Assembly (NCBI GenBank): GCA_040285855.1 | Contig: JAUFOQ010000003.1 | Location: 1,736,001-1,800,000, forward strand | DNA: 64,000 nt | Reading direction: 5' to 3' | DNA from: Eukaryota sp. GEM-RC1 | Taxonomy: Eukaryota | Shown here: positions 21,916-35,369 of the stretch, one piece after another | How the letters are laid out: every line of letters starts with the position of its first letter | How positions within the stretch are numbered: the first letter of the stretch is position 1 | The notes under the pieces: generated by a model | Database searches by the model: none | What the model saw: the letters and a program-made list of their open reading frames with translations, nothing else | What the model was told of the DNA's origin: nothing | Made by a program: the position numbers and the translations under genes

Positions 21916-23052
21916 TCAAGTGTCTTCAATATTCAAATGAAAACCACAGTAATGTTTATTGTTTTTCTTTATCAACGCTAGTCTAGCTTTGACAAAAGAC
22001 TTGACTTCCTTTGATGATATCGCAGAAGAATCAAACTCGTTAGATTGAAAACAGACCTTCCTACCTAATGCTTGTGACAGACAATCAGAATCTTCTACAA
22101 TTATTGAACAATCTTTTTCGATCTGGTCTTTAATTTGTTTTCCTTTCAGTGATTTTAAAAATTCTTGATAAACAGGACTCAACTTTGTTGTTTGATCAGT
22201 AAATGCACCCATAATTCCTTCACTTCCATGAAAAGAATGAAAAAAGGCTTGGCACTTTGATTTAAACCTTGGGTCCTGATTAAACAGATTATTAATAGCC
22301 CTTGCAATCTTGACTTCCTTTGACTTCAAACTTGGGGACGTCACCCCGAGAGCCGAACCACTATCAGAACAACACTCTCCAATAGGTTTAACAAGAGACT
22401 TAACTGTTGATGCTTCTCGTTTACACTTAAGTCCCTTAGTAAAGTGAGAAACAGTTTCAACTAAATGTTCATGTGAATGATCACCTACTGCTACAACTAC
22501 AGGAGCATTGTTTGAGATAGTGGATTGGTGGAAAGAATGAAGTTGTTGTGGAGTTAGATGATGAAAAGTAGAAGGATCTCCAATGATGGGAGTAGACAAA
22601 GGGGGAGACAGAAGAAGAGATTCTAGTTTGTTAAGAGTGGAATTGTAAGAATCAAAAGCATTGTGAGCTTGTTCTGCTTTGATTATGGGAATCTCCTGGG
22701 ACAGAGCTTTGTTGTTGAAGATCGGATTGAAGAAGAGATTCAGCATGGTAGATAGAGTCCAAGAGAAATGTTTCTGAAGAGTAGTTGCAGATAGAAACAT
22801 GTGTTCCTTGGTAGTGTGAGCTTTAAAAGAAGAGGCGTTTGTATCACAAAGTTCAAATAACTGTTCAGAGGCAGGCCTACGGAACAAAAGATGCTCAGTT
22901 AGATGTAGAAGCCCAGGGAAAGACTTTGGATCATTGGAAGAACCTGAAGGAAGGAAAACTGATATGCGAGGTTCTAGTGTTTTAGAGAGAACAGAAAGTA
23001 CTGATATCCCTGATAAAAGTTTAGTTGATCGAAGAGGAAGATCAAGATTCAT
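21916..23052 (-). CDS. M16 metallopeptidase, MPP-beta-like, divergent
   Basis: GSSND..PGLLHLTEHLLFR (HxxEH), AHTTKE, EIPIIKAE, PLSTPIIG, VVAVGD. Confidence 0.8.
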   Translation of the reverse strand: MNLDLPLRSTKLLSGISVLSVLSKTLEPRISVFLPSGSSNDPKSFPGLLHLTEHLLFRRPASEQLFELCDTNASSFKAHTTKEHMFLSATTLQKHFSWTLSTMLNLFFNPIFNNKALSQEIPIIKAEQAHNAFDSYNSTLNKLESLLLSPPLSTPIIGDPSTFHHLTPQQLHSFHQSTISNNAPVVVAVGDHSHEHLVETVSHFTKGLKCKREASTVKSLVKPIGECCSDSGSALGVTSPSLKSKEVKIARAINNLFNQDPRFKSKCQAFFHSFHGSEGIMGAFTDQTTKLSPVYQEFLKSLKGKQIKDQIEKDCSIIVEDSDCLSQALGRKVCFQSNEFDSSAISSKEVKSFVKARLALIKKNNKHYCGFHLNIEDT

Positions 23053-23148
23053 TTAAGGCAACTCTTTCTTACAAAGAGCATTACAGCTTATCTACAGTTA
23101 CTTCAACTTCGACGACTGCTCCTATCTATAGTTGTCTTTCTGTTTTTC

Positions 23149-23680
23149 ATGGTTTCTGAACGCTTCGGGTTTGTCTCCAATGATGTACTCACCGAATGCG
23201 ATCTTTAGTTGGTTTCTCGAAGTTCATGCGAAGTTCAGATATCTCGTGTTCTTTCTGGTAAACAAAGAGGGTATTGATGTTGGGTCAGTTTCTCTCGTCA
23301 CCCACAATTTAATATTGGATAAGGTAGACAGCTTACCATACCACTGCTAGTATCTTGTAAAATTATGTCTGCTGCTATTACTCGATCGAGTAATTACCGT
23401 AAGGACGAGATCCTATTCATTCTACGTGTCAAATATCAATGTGTTAGGACTTCCTAGCCTTGGTTGACTGTTCTAGATTTCGAATTGACCATTGTTTTAG
23501 ATGTTTAAAGAACTCTTAAGGAATTCCTCAATGATGAAAGTAATTTTCGCCATGTTTGATAACTATTCAAAAATACTCTGTTGGACAGATTTAAGCATCT
23601 AAAAACTTCATGATACACTTTTGATGTCAATTACGTCATCATTCAGTATTTCCTTTTTTATTTTGGAAAGTTATGAACGG
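23149..23680 (+). pseudogene. Stop-interrupted reading frame of an unknown dispersed family
   Basis: Long frame with several stops containing EFLNDESNFRHV, matching EFLIDESNFRHVF at 31533-31751(-). Confidence 0.4.
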
Positions 23681-25684
23681 TTAGTTGTTGCAGACTTATA
23701 CAGATTGCGGTTGAACTTCTGGAGGTAATTATTTTCCGAAGAATTCAAAAACGAGGATTAAATCTTGCCATGTACTATTTTAAACAAGGAATATTCAACA
23801 ACGGGAACTCAGACTCATCCTTCAAGCTGGTCAGGTCCACATGACTAATCAGTCTTCAGTAAGCAGTCCTAACTGATTTCACCATCATCAAAAATCATTT
23901 ATTTTGATATATCAATTTTTATTAGGGATAAATAATTGACAACACATGTAATTAACCACGGTATTTAAGAAAAAAAACAACTGTGATTGATGAAAGCAGC
24001 CCTAACGATATTATCATTCCACCATCTTCTATTGACGCGAAGAAACAGTTCGTCATGAAGAGAAGCATCTTCAAGTTGTTGTTAATGTTGGCTAAGAGTA
24101 CTGGGGCAATGTATTCTGGTGGTCTAGAGAACCCTTGAGGAGGAAACTTTGGAAAGTTATGGCCTTCATTTACTTCTAACTGAATACGATAGCCCTGTGA
24201 ATTGAGTTGCTGTCGAATTGTTTTTGTCCCATAGGAAAAGAACAAAAGAAGATTCCATCTTCCATCCGAGAGAGTAAGCTTAAGCTTGGAAAGAGGCGAT
24301 CAACCAAGTTGGAAGTATCAGGGATAAACGGGAGGTCACAAAAGCCAGAAACATTTCTCCTTCATTTGAAAAATCAGATTGACCCTTACCCGAGGCTTTG
24401 TACCACAGTCACATTGAGGACTCCGACCAGTCACTCTCTCAAGCGACCCTATTTTCTTCCAATAGGCTTTTGGATAGTTGGGCTCTGAGTACATTTCTTA
24501 AAGATTCTTTTAGCAAATAGAGAAGTCTGTCATCTCATTGTCTCGAAAAGAAAAGGTTTTTTTTAAAAGGAATACGACTACGAGGTCTGGAGGTGGTACT
24601 CTTGGCAATACGTCGTTCCATAGAAAGTTCGCTTCGTTTGCACCCGGGGGGGGTATTCAAGTTGAACTTTGTTCAATTTGACTTTGGTAGATTTTTGACT
24701 GAAGTATAAGAAAAGGGATCTTCTTGCATAGCTTCTCTCTCGTATGAAGTAATTACATTGTAATAAACAACAAGATTAGATGGTATTTATACATTAATTT
24801 GAAGTACGGTAACTACGGTCCTTCTTGAAGCGGTGAACAATGTACTTCTGATTCGTGAAAAACACTCGTAATTAGGAATCCAATAGCACACTGATCAGGA
24901 CGGAAAAACTCCATACATTTAGTTTTAATCCTTCTAAAACAAAATTGCTAGTAATCTCATATTGTATTCACAAACAATTGGTGGGCACCACATCTAGGTT
25001 TGTTTATGATAAGAGTAACAGTGTTACAAGTTTTAAACTATTCGTCAACAAAAGTAGAATTCTTTTCAAAAAAAAAGAATGTTTATAAATTAACGAGATA
25101 CTATGCTACTAGTAAATAACAGATTTTCTTCAATCAAGAATTAATGCAGTTTTGAAAAGGCATCAAAAAATGGTCAGCAGCACAATAGAAACCAAATCTG
25201 AGATATCAAAAGGAAGCAAATTATAGCAAGAACACAATTAAAAGTAAGTTAGGACATTATGTCTGAAATAATACCAATCTTTCCAATGAAATAGCATTCT
25301 TCTTTTGACTATGTCTTAAGCAATTTAGCAGCATAATTTTTTTAAGAGTATATTTTATGGAACAAAAACACTAAGATAAACACAAATCCTAGAACTCAAT
25401 ATCATTAAAAAAAAAGAAGCATAAATCAAACTTACACATCTACCCAACTCAAATTTCATGACGTCGGCAAATCATTTCAACGTCATGTGGAAAACCTAAT
25501 ACAATATGATTCCACATCAAATTTGTTTGTTGTTATTTAAACACGTTAAGGTTAAACTAAATTTTGTTAAATGGGGTTTGTCTTGGCAGCTATGAGTGGT
25601 ATCAATAATTTGACCTACCTTTAGGCGAGTACCAAAAATGATTGAATTCCGTGCTTCAGAGTCTTGTTCAGACATCTTTCAATC

Positions 25685-28167
25685 ATGGGTTCTGCTTCGC
25701 GCAAACCTTTCCTTCATCGACAAGTAAGAGCTGTTCTTCTCAAAAATGTTCTCCTTCAACTTCGGCATCCATTCCGATTTCTCATTATGTTTATCACAAT
25801 CCCTGTTCTAGTATCCCTTGGCCATTCCCGTGCTGCTGGCTTTGACGAACCACATGACAATCCTGTGATTCTAGATCCTTATGAATCAAGGATAATTGCT
25901 GAAACCTATTCTTACAATGGACCGTTGTATTGGGGTACACATCCTACATCACCCTCTATCGCTGACATTGGAAACATTGGTCCATATGCTGCTGACAACT
26001 CTGGAATTTTCTCAAAAACTGACTGGCGATGCGGTCGCTTCAGTCGTGAAGACTGTCCACCTTACACAGAGGTTCTTCCAACTACAGTCAACGTCAATGA
26101 AAAAGAACATCTAGAGCTTCATTTATACAATCTTTACGCCCTCAACAGCTCTGACATCCGCTATTCTTTCTTCATTGACCAACTTTCTCATGACCACTTG
26201 TCACTTCAAGCTTATCTCAATGCCTCTGGAGTATACGAGGTAGGTCCTGGTAGTACTTATATTGTTTATAATCGTTATGACTGGATCGCTATCTCGAACT
26301 TCTTTCTCAATGGACTGCGCCGCTCCATTAATGAACAGAATCAACAACTTCCACTCATGAATCTTTCTATAATCCCTGCTGTCCAGGCTTTCCCTTACTC
26401 AATGGACCTGGATTTCTTTGTAGGTAGCCAACTCGTCTCTTTGTTCCTCCTTGGACTACTCGTCCTTCCCCTTGTATACCTTCCTTTTATCTCTGAAAGA
26501 AAGTCCAAGGTGCTGTCCTTGTGTAAAGTTCTAGGTATGTCTGAACAGTCAATGGTACTTGGGTCGATGGTTACTGGTGCGTTGTTTTGCTTGTTTATCT
26601 CTTGTGTGCTCGTGATACCAGGTATTTTCTTTAAAGTTCGATTCTTTTCCAAAAATAGTTTTTTGATTCTTGTTGTGTTAATTATTGTTCATGGTGCTGC
26701 ACTGGCTTCAGTTGCTAGTTTTCTTTCTTCAATCACTCCTAATACCAATATTGGAGTCGTTGTTTCTTTGTTTATGGTAATTATCTTTGGTGTAACAGCA
26801 TCAATTCCTGTCTTTAATACTGCTGGATTTAATTGGAAATACTTTTATTATCCACCTTATCCTATTTACCATTCTTATTTGTTATTAGGCAGGAGTTCTT
26901 GTTGGAGTTGTACTGGTTATACTTTTGGCCGATTATTTGAGTTTTCACCTCAAATAATTGCTTCTATTGGAAATGCTTTTATTTTTTCAATTATTGCTTT
27001 GATTTTGAGTAAGATATTCGCAGGAGCTAAGATACAGTTAAATGTGTTCAATATTTTCAAATATTGTAAATCCGAAAAGCAGGATATTCATATTCCACTC
27101 GTCGACATTGAAAATCCCGGAATTTCAAATAATCTCGACGGTTTTCCTTCAGACGTTGCTCTAGAACGAAGAATTGCATTGACAAAATCCAATCAAAACG
27201 TTTCCATTGCCGCAGTCGACGTTTGTAAAGTCTATAATCCCCACTCTGTTGATCGAGTTGACGCAGTTAAGAACGTTTCAATGGCAGTACCTAAAGGAAG
27301 TTGCAGGGTTTTGTTAGGAGTGAATGGATCAGGTTTGAATATTTTAAATTTCTAATTATAGGGAAAACTACATTAATGTCTATGTTGATTGGACAGTTAG
27401 CACCGACTTCTTATGAGACGATCTCTTTGAATAATGTTGAAATTTTTGAAAATATTCAGCGAGCACGTTTTTCAATGGGATTTGTACCCCAGCACTCAGT
27501 TTTTTGGACTGATTTGACAGTCGCCGATCACTTGAGATTCTTTGCCAGTTTAAAACTCCCCTGGAAGGAAGTTGATGACGCCGTTAGTGAATCACTTAGA
27601 TCAGTAGGACTCAAACATGCTCAATCAAAGAAACTTTCGACTTTATCTGGGGGTCAAAAACGACGTGCTTCGATTGCCTTTGCTTTGATTGGTCGACCCC
27701 AATTGATTGTCGCTGATGAATTGACTACTGGTATTTCACTAGATATTTCTCAACAAATCTGGGAAATAATCAAGAAATCGAAAAAGGAAGGTGTCACGTT
27801 ACTGGTCTCTACTCATTTTATGCAAGAAGCGACTACCATTAGTGATTCAATCTCTATTCAAAAATCTGGAGAGATTCTTTGTGTAGACAGCGTTGAGAAC
27901 CTTCAAATGAGGTTTGGCCAGGGATACAGACTTTTTGTTTCTGTTGTCCCTCAGTTTTTACCAAAAATTAGACAGTTTCTAAGTCAAATCGAAAATTCCC
28001 AACACTTTAGCACTGTTAATAATGTTTTACATTTTCAATTACCAAGGAAGATTCAATTATCCCAACTTTTCAAACATTTAAATAATTTCAAAAACCAGAA
28101 TCAAATAATAGATTTCGGGGTGCAGTCTGCTACTCTTGAAGATGTTTTCCTTTCTCTTAACAATTAA
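25685..28167 (+). CDS. ABCA-family half transporter, one 29-nt intron (27333-27361)
   Basis: Splicing restores Walker A GVNGSGKTT; LSGGQKRR signature, ADELTTG, STHFMQEA, TLEDVFL. Confidence 0.92.
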
Positions 28168-28785
28168 AATCTCCTCAGGCTTTTGTTTGTTTTCTGATTT
28201 TTCTAGCTCAATATGTTTTTTGAGAGGAATGACTTAGTTATTATTTACTACGGTTCTCATTGACAACAATACAGTTTTGGTTCTCTCTTGTTAATTAATT
28301 GGTAATAATTAAATGCTACTAGTTTTATAAGGAAGATGTGATTGCAACTGTTCGAAGTGCCAGTTGTCAAACTTAATATTTGATACAAGCAAGCACGTTT
28401 TCCTATATGTTTCCAAAATTGAATTTTGTTTGTTTCTTAACAAAACTTGTTGTTTATTATATGACAGTACTAAAGATACATGTACTAGTACAGTCAAAAC
28501 TGTTTATAGCGTGAAACTCTATATAGCGTAGGTACATATAGTCCCGGAAAAAATAAACAGTTTTGACTGTAGTTGCATTTGAAGAACTTTCTATCATCTG
28601 CAAAATTAATAAATATTTAAAATAATGTGACAAACCTAAATGATGAATGAAATCCAATAGAAGACTTGGTCCAATAAATATTGGTAAATTCGTACAAATG
28701 CTTGTAGTGAACATTTCAGAATCTACCACGTCATACCGCCACCTGTCACACCCCTGTTTGGATACATGAGTTATACCATAAACTA

Positions 28786-30021
28786 CTAAGCATAAGAAAC
28801 TTTCTCCTTTTCATTTCTTCCTTTGAGATAATTTTCTTCATAATCTTTGTATCTTTTAGATGCATTTTTTAAATTTCTAACAATGGAAATAATAATATAA
28901 GTTGCAATAAAAACCAATACGGAAATAATTGCAAAATTAAAAAATGACTTTGTCAATATCCAAAAATTTGGTGTCAGTGATATATCTTCAAGTGTAATAA
29001 ATAGGAATTGAGAACTACCTGGATCAATCCAAAAAAATAAAGCGGCAACTAAATAACCAATAAATGCCATTGGGAAGGGAATAAGTAATAGAGTAAAAAA
29101 ATAATTAATCCAAAACGAAGCCTGAATTGAAGATTTAGGATGTTGGATCAGAAGTTTTCTCAAAGAATCTCTGGAGAAATACCTAAGAGATAGATTAACA
29201 CAACAAACTATAGCCAAAAGCACTCTAAGGACCGTACTAACACCAAGATCTGGCCATGAAATTGAATAAACAAATAAATGAATATTAAAATATCCAATAA
29301 TAATGATCCACGACATTTTCCCAGTAGCACTAATTCCAGTGACGTGTCTAAACACTACTTTGGGAATTGAGGGAATGTCTTCGTCGAAGATGACGTCACC
29401 ATTATTAACTCTATTTTTTACAGCAATGTGGCCTAATTTGAAGATGGAAATGATAGGTTTGATGGCAGCGAAGTAGCAAAACAGAATAATGAACATTTGG
29501 AAGAAAAATAGGAAAGCAAAACATATCCAAAACTCAAAATCGAACTTTCCATATGGTACATCTTTGTAAGGCCAACAGGTGTTGCTGCCAGTACAGGGAG
29601 CGTGGTAAACACCAAAAGGATCAACGTCAAAGGGAAAATAAAAAGTCCACAAGTAGAACGATCCTATCCAAGACAGAAACCAAATAAGGTTATGTAAGAC
29701 GAAGACGCTGAATACAATGAGTGTGATCCAGGCCAAGATTGAGATGGGAGGAAAAGCAGCATAAGATTCTCTAAGAGAAGCCATAACGTCAGATTTTAAG
29801 AGGAAAAACGACACAAACAGGAAAGAACCCAAGACAAATGTACAAAAACTCAGGAACTTGTTTTGTGTGAGAATAGCGTAGAAAGCAGCAAAGGATCCTG
29901 CTGAAGTGGTTATAAGGATGAACAATGGGAGTAGCGCAGATGGAGAGATACAGTTACCACATAGGAACCGTAATACCAACCCTATACGTTCTCCAGGTTG
30001 AAGGTCTTTCTTTTTGTCCAT
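28786..30021 (-). CDS. Multi-pass membrane protein of unknown function (paralogue 1)
   Basis: Hydrophobic 411-aa ORF from MDKKKD; highly similar to 39040-40272. Confidence 0.8.
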   Translation of the reverse strand: MDKKKDLQPGERIGLVLRFLCGNCISPSALLPLFILITTSAGSFAAFYAILTQNKFLSFCTFVLGSFLFVSFFLLKSDVMASLRESYAAFPPISILAWITLIVFSVFVLHNLIWFLSWIGSFYLWTFYFPFDVDPFGVYHAPCTGSNTCWPYKDVPYGKFDFEFWICFAFLFFFQMFIILFCYFAAIKPIISIFKLGHIAVKNRVNNGDVIFDEDIPSIPKVVFRHVTGISATGKMSWIIIIGYFNIHLFVYSISWPDLGVSTVLRVLLAIVCCVNLSLRYFSRDSLRKLLIQHPKSSIQASFWINYFFTLLLIPFPMAFIGYLVAALFFWIDPGSSQFLFITLEDISLTPNFWILTKSFFNFAIISVLVFIATYIIISIVRNLKNASKRYKDYEENYLKGRNEKEKVSYA

Positions 30022-32729
30022 GAGAAAAAGTTGAACGATATTTTGATTGACTGCTAGAAATAATGCAATCTTAGAACACTTTCGCAAAACTCAGGGTGGT
30101 TGACACTTAATCCTCAAGACCCGAGATGGTAGAAAAACAAATGGTTCTGGTTAGACCAATGGATTGGACTGGTTTGATCTAGTTTGGTTCTATCAGCACA
30201 AACCAGGATCAAACCAGGACCCGCACGGGTCGAGCAAATTGGACCGATGTTGTCTCATTTTGTGTAGTTTTATACTTACATAATCCTAAAAGTAGCTATC
30301 TTTATAAAAATGAAAAATTTACGCCAAAATCCACCTCTTAAAAAATTCTTCCAAAAAATCCACACAACGACAACTCTCTAAGCAGATCCCACAGTGAACG
30401 ATGTACTATTTACTTAAGTAAGGAGTATTGGCAGATATCCATTACCTTCCTTGTGTTGATCTCTTCATGTAACATGTACTTTTGGTTAATTCAAATACTT
30501 TATAAAATGGTGTTCATACCAAAATTCTACTGAAACAGAAGTTAGCCACTAGTACAACCTCACTTACTACGTCCTACTTGACCACATTTACCACATCGAT
30601 ACACTCCTTTTGAGGAGATTCACCATCAACCACAGGAACATTAATAACCTACCAGCATTCTTCTTTTCGTTTACTTTTTTCATTCTTACAACTTTTGGTC
30701 TAATAGTTCTGGGTTTGGGAATTGGAGGACCAGAAACAACACATTCAACAACGTCTTTCCAAGGTGTTGAAGGTGTCTATTCAAAAGCAAGGGGAAAAGT
30801 CGGTCCGATTGAATCTAAGGAAGCAGCCACTAATATCACCTCGTTTTCTTTCAGAATATACCAACTCGAAATGCATTTTTATGTTTTTTCTCTTACTAAT
30901 GATGAAATGTACGTTACAATTAATAATTCAAATACTTGTTTCCTCTGCTTTGGAGAAATTTGGAATAATACCAAAAAATATATGAAGAAAGAGTAGTGTT
31001 GTTATGGTAATGTAGAAATTCCACTTAGGTTTGCTTTTCCCTTTGTATAAACCCTTTCGGGAACGCTGTATTTTCCTATGAGTTTCAGTATAAGAAGAAC
31101 AGGTGTAAACCCCAACAATAATTAGCTTCTAAAAACAGATTTCAGAGAATTGCATGTTGCGCAATCTGAAGTACTGGGTCGGTTGTTTTTAGAAACTTGG
31201 GCTGCTGCTGATGAACTCAATAGTGTCAACTTGGATGCCTATCTAGAGATGTTAGACCTGATAGAAGATTTGATTGAGGATGAATCGAATGATGGTGAGT
31301 TTATTGAAGATAGCGATTGATGAATAAAGTTTGTTGCTTTTGTCAATAACAGATCAGGTTGTTGTGTTGTTGGTTAATGTCTTATATATAGTTGTTTATT
31401 CAGATAGTTTCTACATTGATGAAAAAGTCACCGAAGTTACTTGTATGTTTTGATATGTGTGTGACTCATGGACCTTAATACAAGCAAGGCTCCAATACAA
31501 GCATCAAAAAATGGTTGCTTGTATTAGGACACCTACGATAAATATTTGAAATAATGGGAATATTCAAGTAGTTGAAAAACATGACGAAAATTACTTTCAT
31601 CAATGAGAAACTCGAGTGACATGTGAATAAATAGAATATCGGTCATTAAGTGATTAGGTAAGTTCACTAGAGGAACGATTACAGCATCAATAAACAGCAA
31701 GTCAATGGTAAAAATTCTTTTCAGCAGAAGCTCGTAGCTAGGCGACATCATTTATCAAGATACGAGTAAAGAAAACAAAGAAATAGAAGCCTCCACGAAG
31801 TTATATTCAATGAATTATAATTAATCTTTACAAATATCAAGTGATTGGTTCCCTAAATTAATATTTCCTTACACTCTATTCCCATGCTTAAGCTGTCGAA
31901 GATAGCATCTATCAATTGTTTTGTTGTTCAAGTTGTTCAAGAATAAGATACGTACTCAATAAAGAAGAGGGTTATAAGTCCCCAACGAAGCCCCATTAAA
32001 GCGAGGGGGGCTCATACGAATAAGTCTAGGGGCTTCTATTTCATAGTTTACTTTACTAAACTTCAGTGGTGACGTCAGCAAAGATGAGTTTTGGGGAAGG
32101 CTTTCCAAAAGCTGTATTACTTTGTAGATGGTGAGTGAACAACTACAAGTTCGATTGTTTACCAGAAAGATCATGAGACATCTCAACTTTGTGTAACCAA
32201 ATACATGTAGAGATCGGTATCAATGAGTTAGTCTTCAGAGAAAAACCCGAACCGTTCAGGGGATCCGAATAGCAGAAGGGGCAAAGTAGCCGTGGATGAA
32301 GCTGTAATGTTTTTCCTTTCATATTATCCGCTACACAGAAGCTACAATAAAAGCGGAAACTGAAGTCACTGATGTTCTTGAGAGAACTCACATGGAAAAA
32401 ATGCGTTGAATTAGAGATGATCTAATTCCTTGGAAAAAGACTAAAATGACTGTTAGTAAAACTTCGATGTCCCAAGCATATGGGCGATTATTGAATAGCG
32501 AAATCAACCAGCAAACTCCCCCTACTTAATGAAGGGTCAACACATGCTTATACTCTCTTCCAACACTGGAAGAGAGTACATTTGTTTAGCGTAGGCTCAC
32601 GAAGTATTTTACTAATGGACTACCATGTCAACATCAAGGTCATTGTTGGCCTTGGTTGTTGGACAAGAACCGACATCACCTTCTTTTTTCTTTATCCACT
32701 CCATATGTAAATCCATTACACCCCATGTT

Positions 32730-33665
32730 GTCTTCAATGCTTCTGCCATTTATGGCTATAAAATATCAGTGAATTAAATTAATTAAGGTGACTCCTACTC
32801 GGAGTAGTTGGCGATAGAAGAAGGAAACGTAATGAGACGCATGCTAGATAGATGATACGAAACTCCCATTGCATGTGGTGGAAGAAAAGAATAGAGAGAA
32901 GAAATGATGTTACTGGGCTAGAGGATGAGGGCAGGAGAAGAGACGTTTAGAAAGGGATTGTCATCGCTTGGCGACATCCACAAAGGTAATGGTTTGATCA
33001 GAATAGCCCGATTCATCGAGCAGACTAGAGAGTTTCGGATGTGGGAAAGCAAAACGACATGGGATCAAAGGAGACATGGATGAAGTAAGTACTCTATCAT
33101 TCACCACATATACTAGTCAGAGAATGGGATTGAAAAGAGAGTTACAAGTATGAGAGAGTCCTGCTAAAAGAGAGCTGAGGTAGGGATACAAAAAGTGGCG
33201 AGGTCAAGAAGACATAACGTAAGAACCGTTCAAAGGATAAGATGATCTTGTGGATTGATTGATTTGATATGTTGTGGAAGAAATAAAATAAGATATGCCA
33301 TCAAATTTTTGTTTATCTAAGAGGATATTAGAAGGGGATTAACAACAAGATGATGATAAAGATGTTATCGATATGGACAAGAATTGGAGTTCTTAGACAT
33401 CTGTCTGGAAGATGAGAGTGAACATCTTGAACAAGCATTGCAGAGCGTAAGTGAATCTCGTTCACCTCCAGCTATTAGTACTTCTATGAACGAATCCAAA
33501 GTTCATGGTATTCTAAATGAAGAGGCAATTCCAATGAAGAAAGCTGTGTGTAAGAGCTGTTCGCTTCTAGGTCATTTTCAAAAGACCTATAAAGCTCCAT
33601 GTGGAACATGTAAACAAGTTCGTCATTTACGTAAAGATTGTCCAACAAACACTCGATCAGTGTAA
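32730..33665 (+). mobile_element. Possible decayed Mutator-like transposase 3' part with zinc knuckles
   Basis: CKSCSLLGHFQKTY..CGTCKQVRHLRKDCP at the end of a stop-riddled coding-like region. Confidence 0.3.
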
Positions 33666-33839
33666 TGAAATAAACCCATTGTTGTTATATTCAGCGTTTG
33701 AAGCCATGATACTATGTTCATGATAGGCAAGTTATGGAGAGAAAGTTTTATGTCGCAAGTTTACAAATCTTGTGTCACAAGAAAATTGCACTTCTTCTAC
33801 ATTCTCTCGCTGTATCATTACCTCCCCTAATTCTACACA

Positions 33840-34649
33840 ATGTCTTCAGATAGTAGTTTCCATCGTGGTAGAATTTACATAGGTAATGTCCAATCCTAGT
33901 GATGACTTCAGGCAATGTCTCAGATGATATAGATGATGCCACCCTTCGTGAACTCTTTTCCCCCTATGGACGTGTTGTTTCTACTAAAACTGGTCTTTGT
34001 GGTTTTGCTTTTGTCGACTTTGAAGACGATAAAGATGTGGATAAAGCAGTCGAAGCTTTGAATGGCACGGAATTCAATGATAAACGCATTACTGTTGAAC
34101 GTGCTCGTGGTCCTCGTCGTATGTACTTTCCCATTTCCATTCTTATCCCCAGGCCGTGGGCGTCCCATGAGAGATTCCTACTCACGCCGTCCATCTTCTT
34201 CCTTCAGATCTTCAAGAGGTCGTCGTTCCTCTATTGACGAAGACGACCGGGAAGACCGCTTCCCCCGACATAAACGTTCTTCTCGAAGCCCAAGTCCTAA
34301 GCGTTCTTCCTCATATGTCCACCCTTACATGTTCCCACCAACACATGGCCAGTATCCTATGATGATGCCTTACATGATGCCTGGTGGCGGTTCTTTTGGA
34401 CCTGAAAGGGACCGCAGTGGAGCCCCATCTAATATGATGGGTATGTTTAATCCATATATGATGCCTGGAATGGGCGTTCCCCCTCCTCCTGGTGGAGAGA
34501 AAGGAATGGAACAGTATATGATGTATCAACAAAATCTGCACCACCAGAGTCAGCACCAAGGAGATGAAGACCTACCTCCTCCGATTTCTGAACATTCTGG
34601 ATGGCAACGAAGTTCTTCCCCACGCTCTCCTCCACGTGGTAATTGGTAG
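33840..34649 (+). CDS. SR-like RRM RNA-binding protein, two introns (33883-33911, 34119-34152)
   Basis: Spliced MSSDSSFHRGRIYIG-NVSDD..GFAFVDFED..ITVERARGPRR-RGRPMRDSYSRR; RS/SP-rich and M/P/G-rich tail. Confidence 0.88.
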
Positions 34650-35290
34650 TCTTGTACCTAAGTAAAATAATTGTCTCTTCCATCTTATGGCAGCTCCACA
34701 TTGATTCTCTTACTCAAAATATAGTTCTATTTCTTGTGTCTTATTCAATCTCACCATAGCTCTAGCAATATAAACGAAGAGCACCTGTCCTGGTTCACAC
34801 TGAGTCATCTATGATACTGACAGTTTTTCTCACGCTTATTAGAACTACACGCATGATGATATCTTCAACCCGTCTTGGTGATTCCTGGGTCCATCTTCCG
34901 ATCAACTTCTTCCTATCATTTGAGTGTTAGTTTTCGTTTTCTATTTAAATCATAAATTCAACTGTTCCCTTATTTCTTTCATCTACTTATGTAAGTCATG
35001 TCAGTGGAGTTAGATGGTAGATGAGGATCTCCCCACCGCTCCAAGTTCTCCTGACATTGAATCTCGTTCTGAATACGAGTACAGTTCAAACTGCATCTTC
35101 GAGCTCGAGAACCTTTCTTCACACAAAATCTGCAGATCTATTCTAACCATGATGACCTTGTGTGTGAAGCTTTGACACTACTCGTTTTCCACCATTTCAA
35201 AATATTTTATTACAAAAAATATCACGTGATCCGTGTGTCGTATGGATAGTGAATTTGCTACACCGTGTGTTTGCGTACTATACTATAAAC

Positions 35291-35360
35291 CATACTTAGG
35301 AAATACAGACACAATGTATCCTGTATTTGTATCCTGTATCTTGTGTATCTTGTGCAGTTT
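35291..35360. mobile_element. Solo hAT-type end (catactt family) with gtatc subterminal repeats
   Basis: catacttagg start as at 13698 and 1970, followed by tandem tgtatc units; partner TIR not found. Confidence 0.5.
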
Positions 35361-35369
35361 GTGCATTTT

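Noticed and set aside
30610..30996. Fragment resembling a TMEM181/Wntless-type N-terminus (TM followed by GGP)
   Set aside because: No ATG, short, similarity too weak and lost downstream; at most a pseudogene relic.
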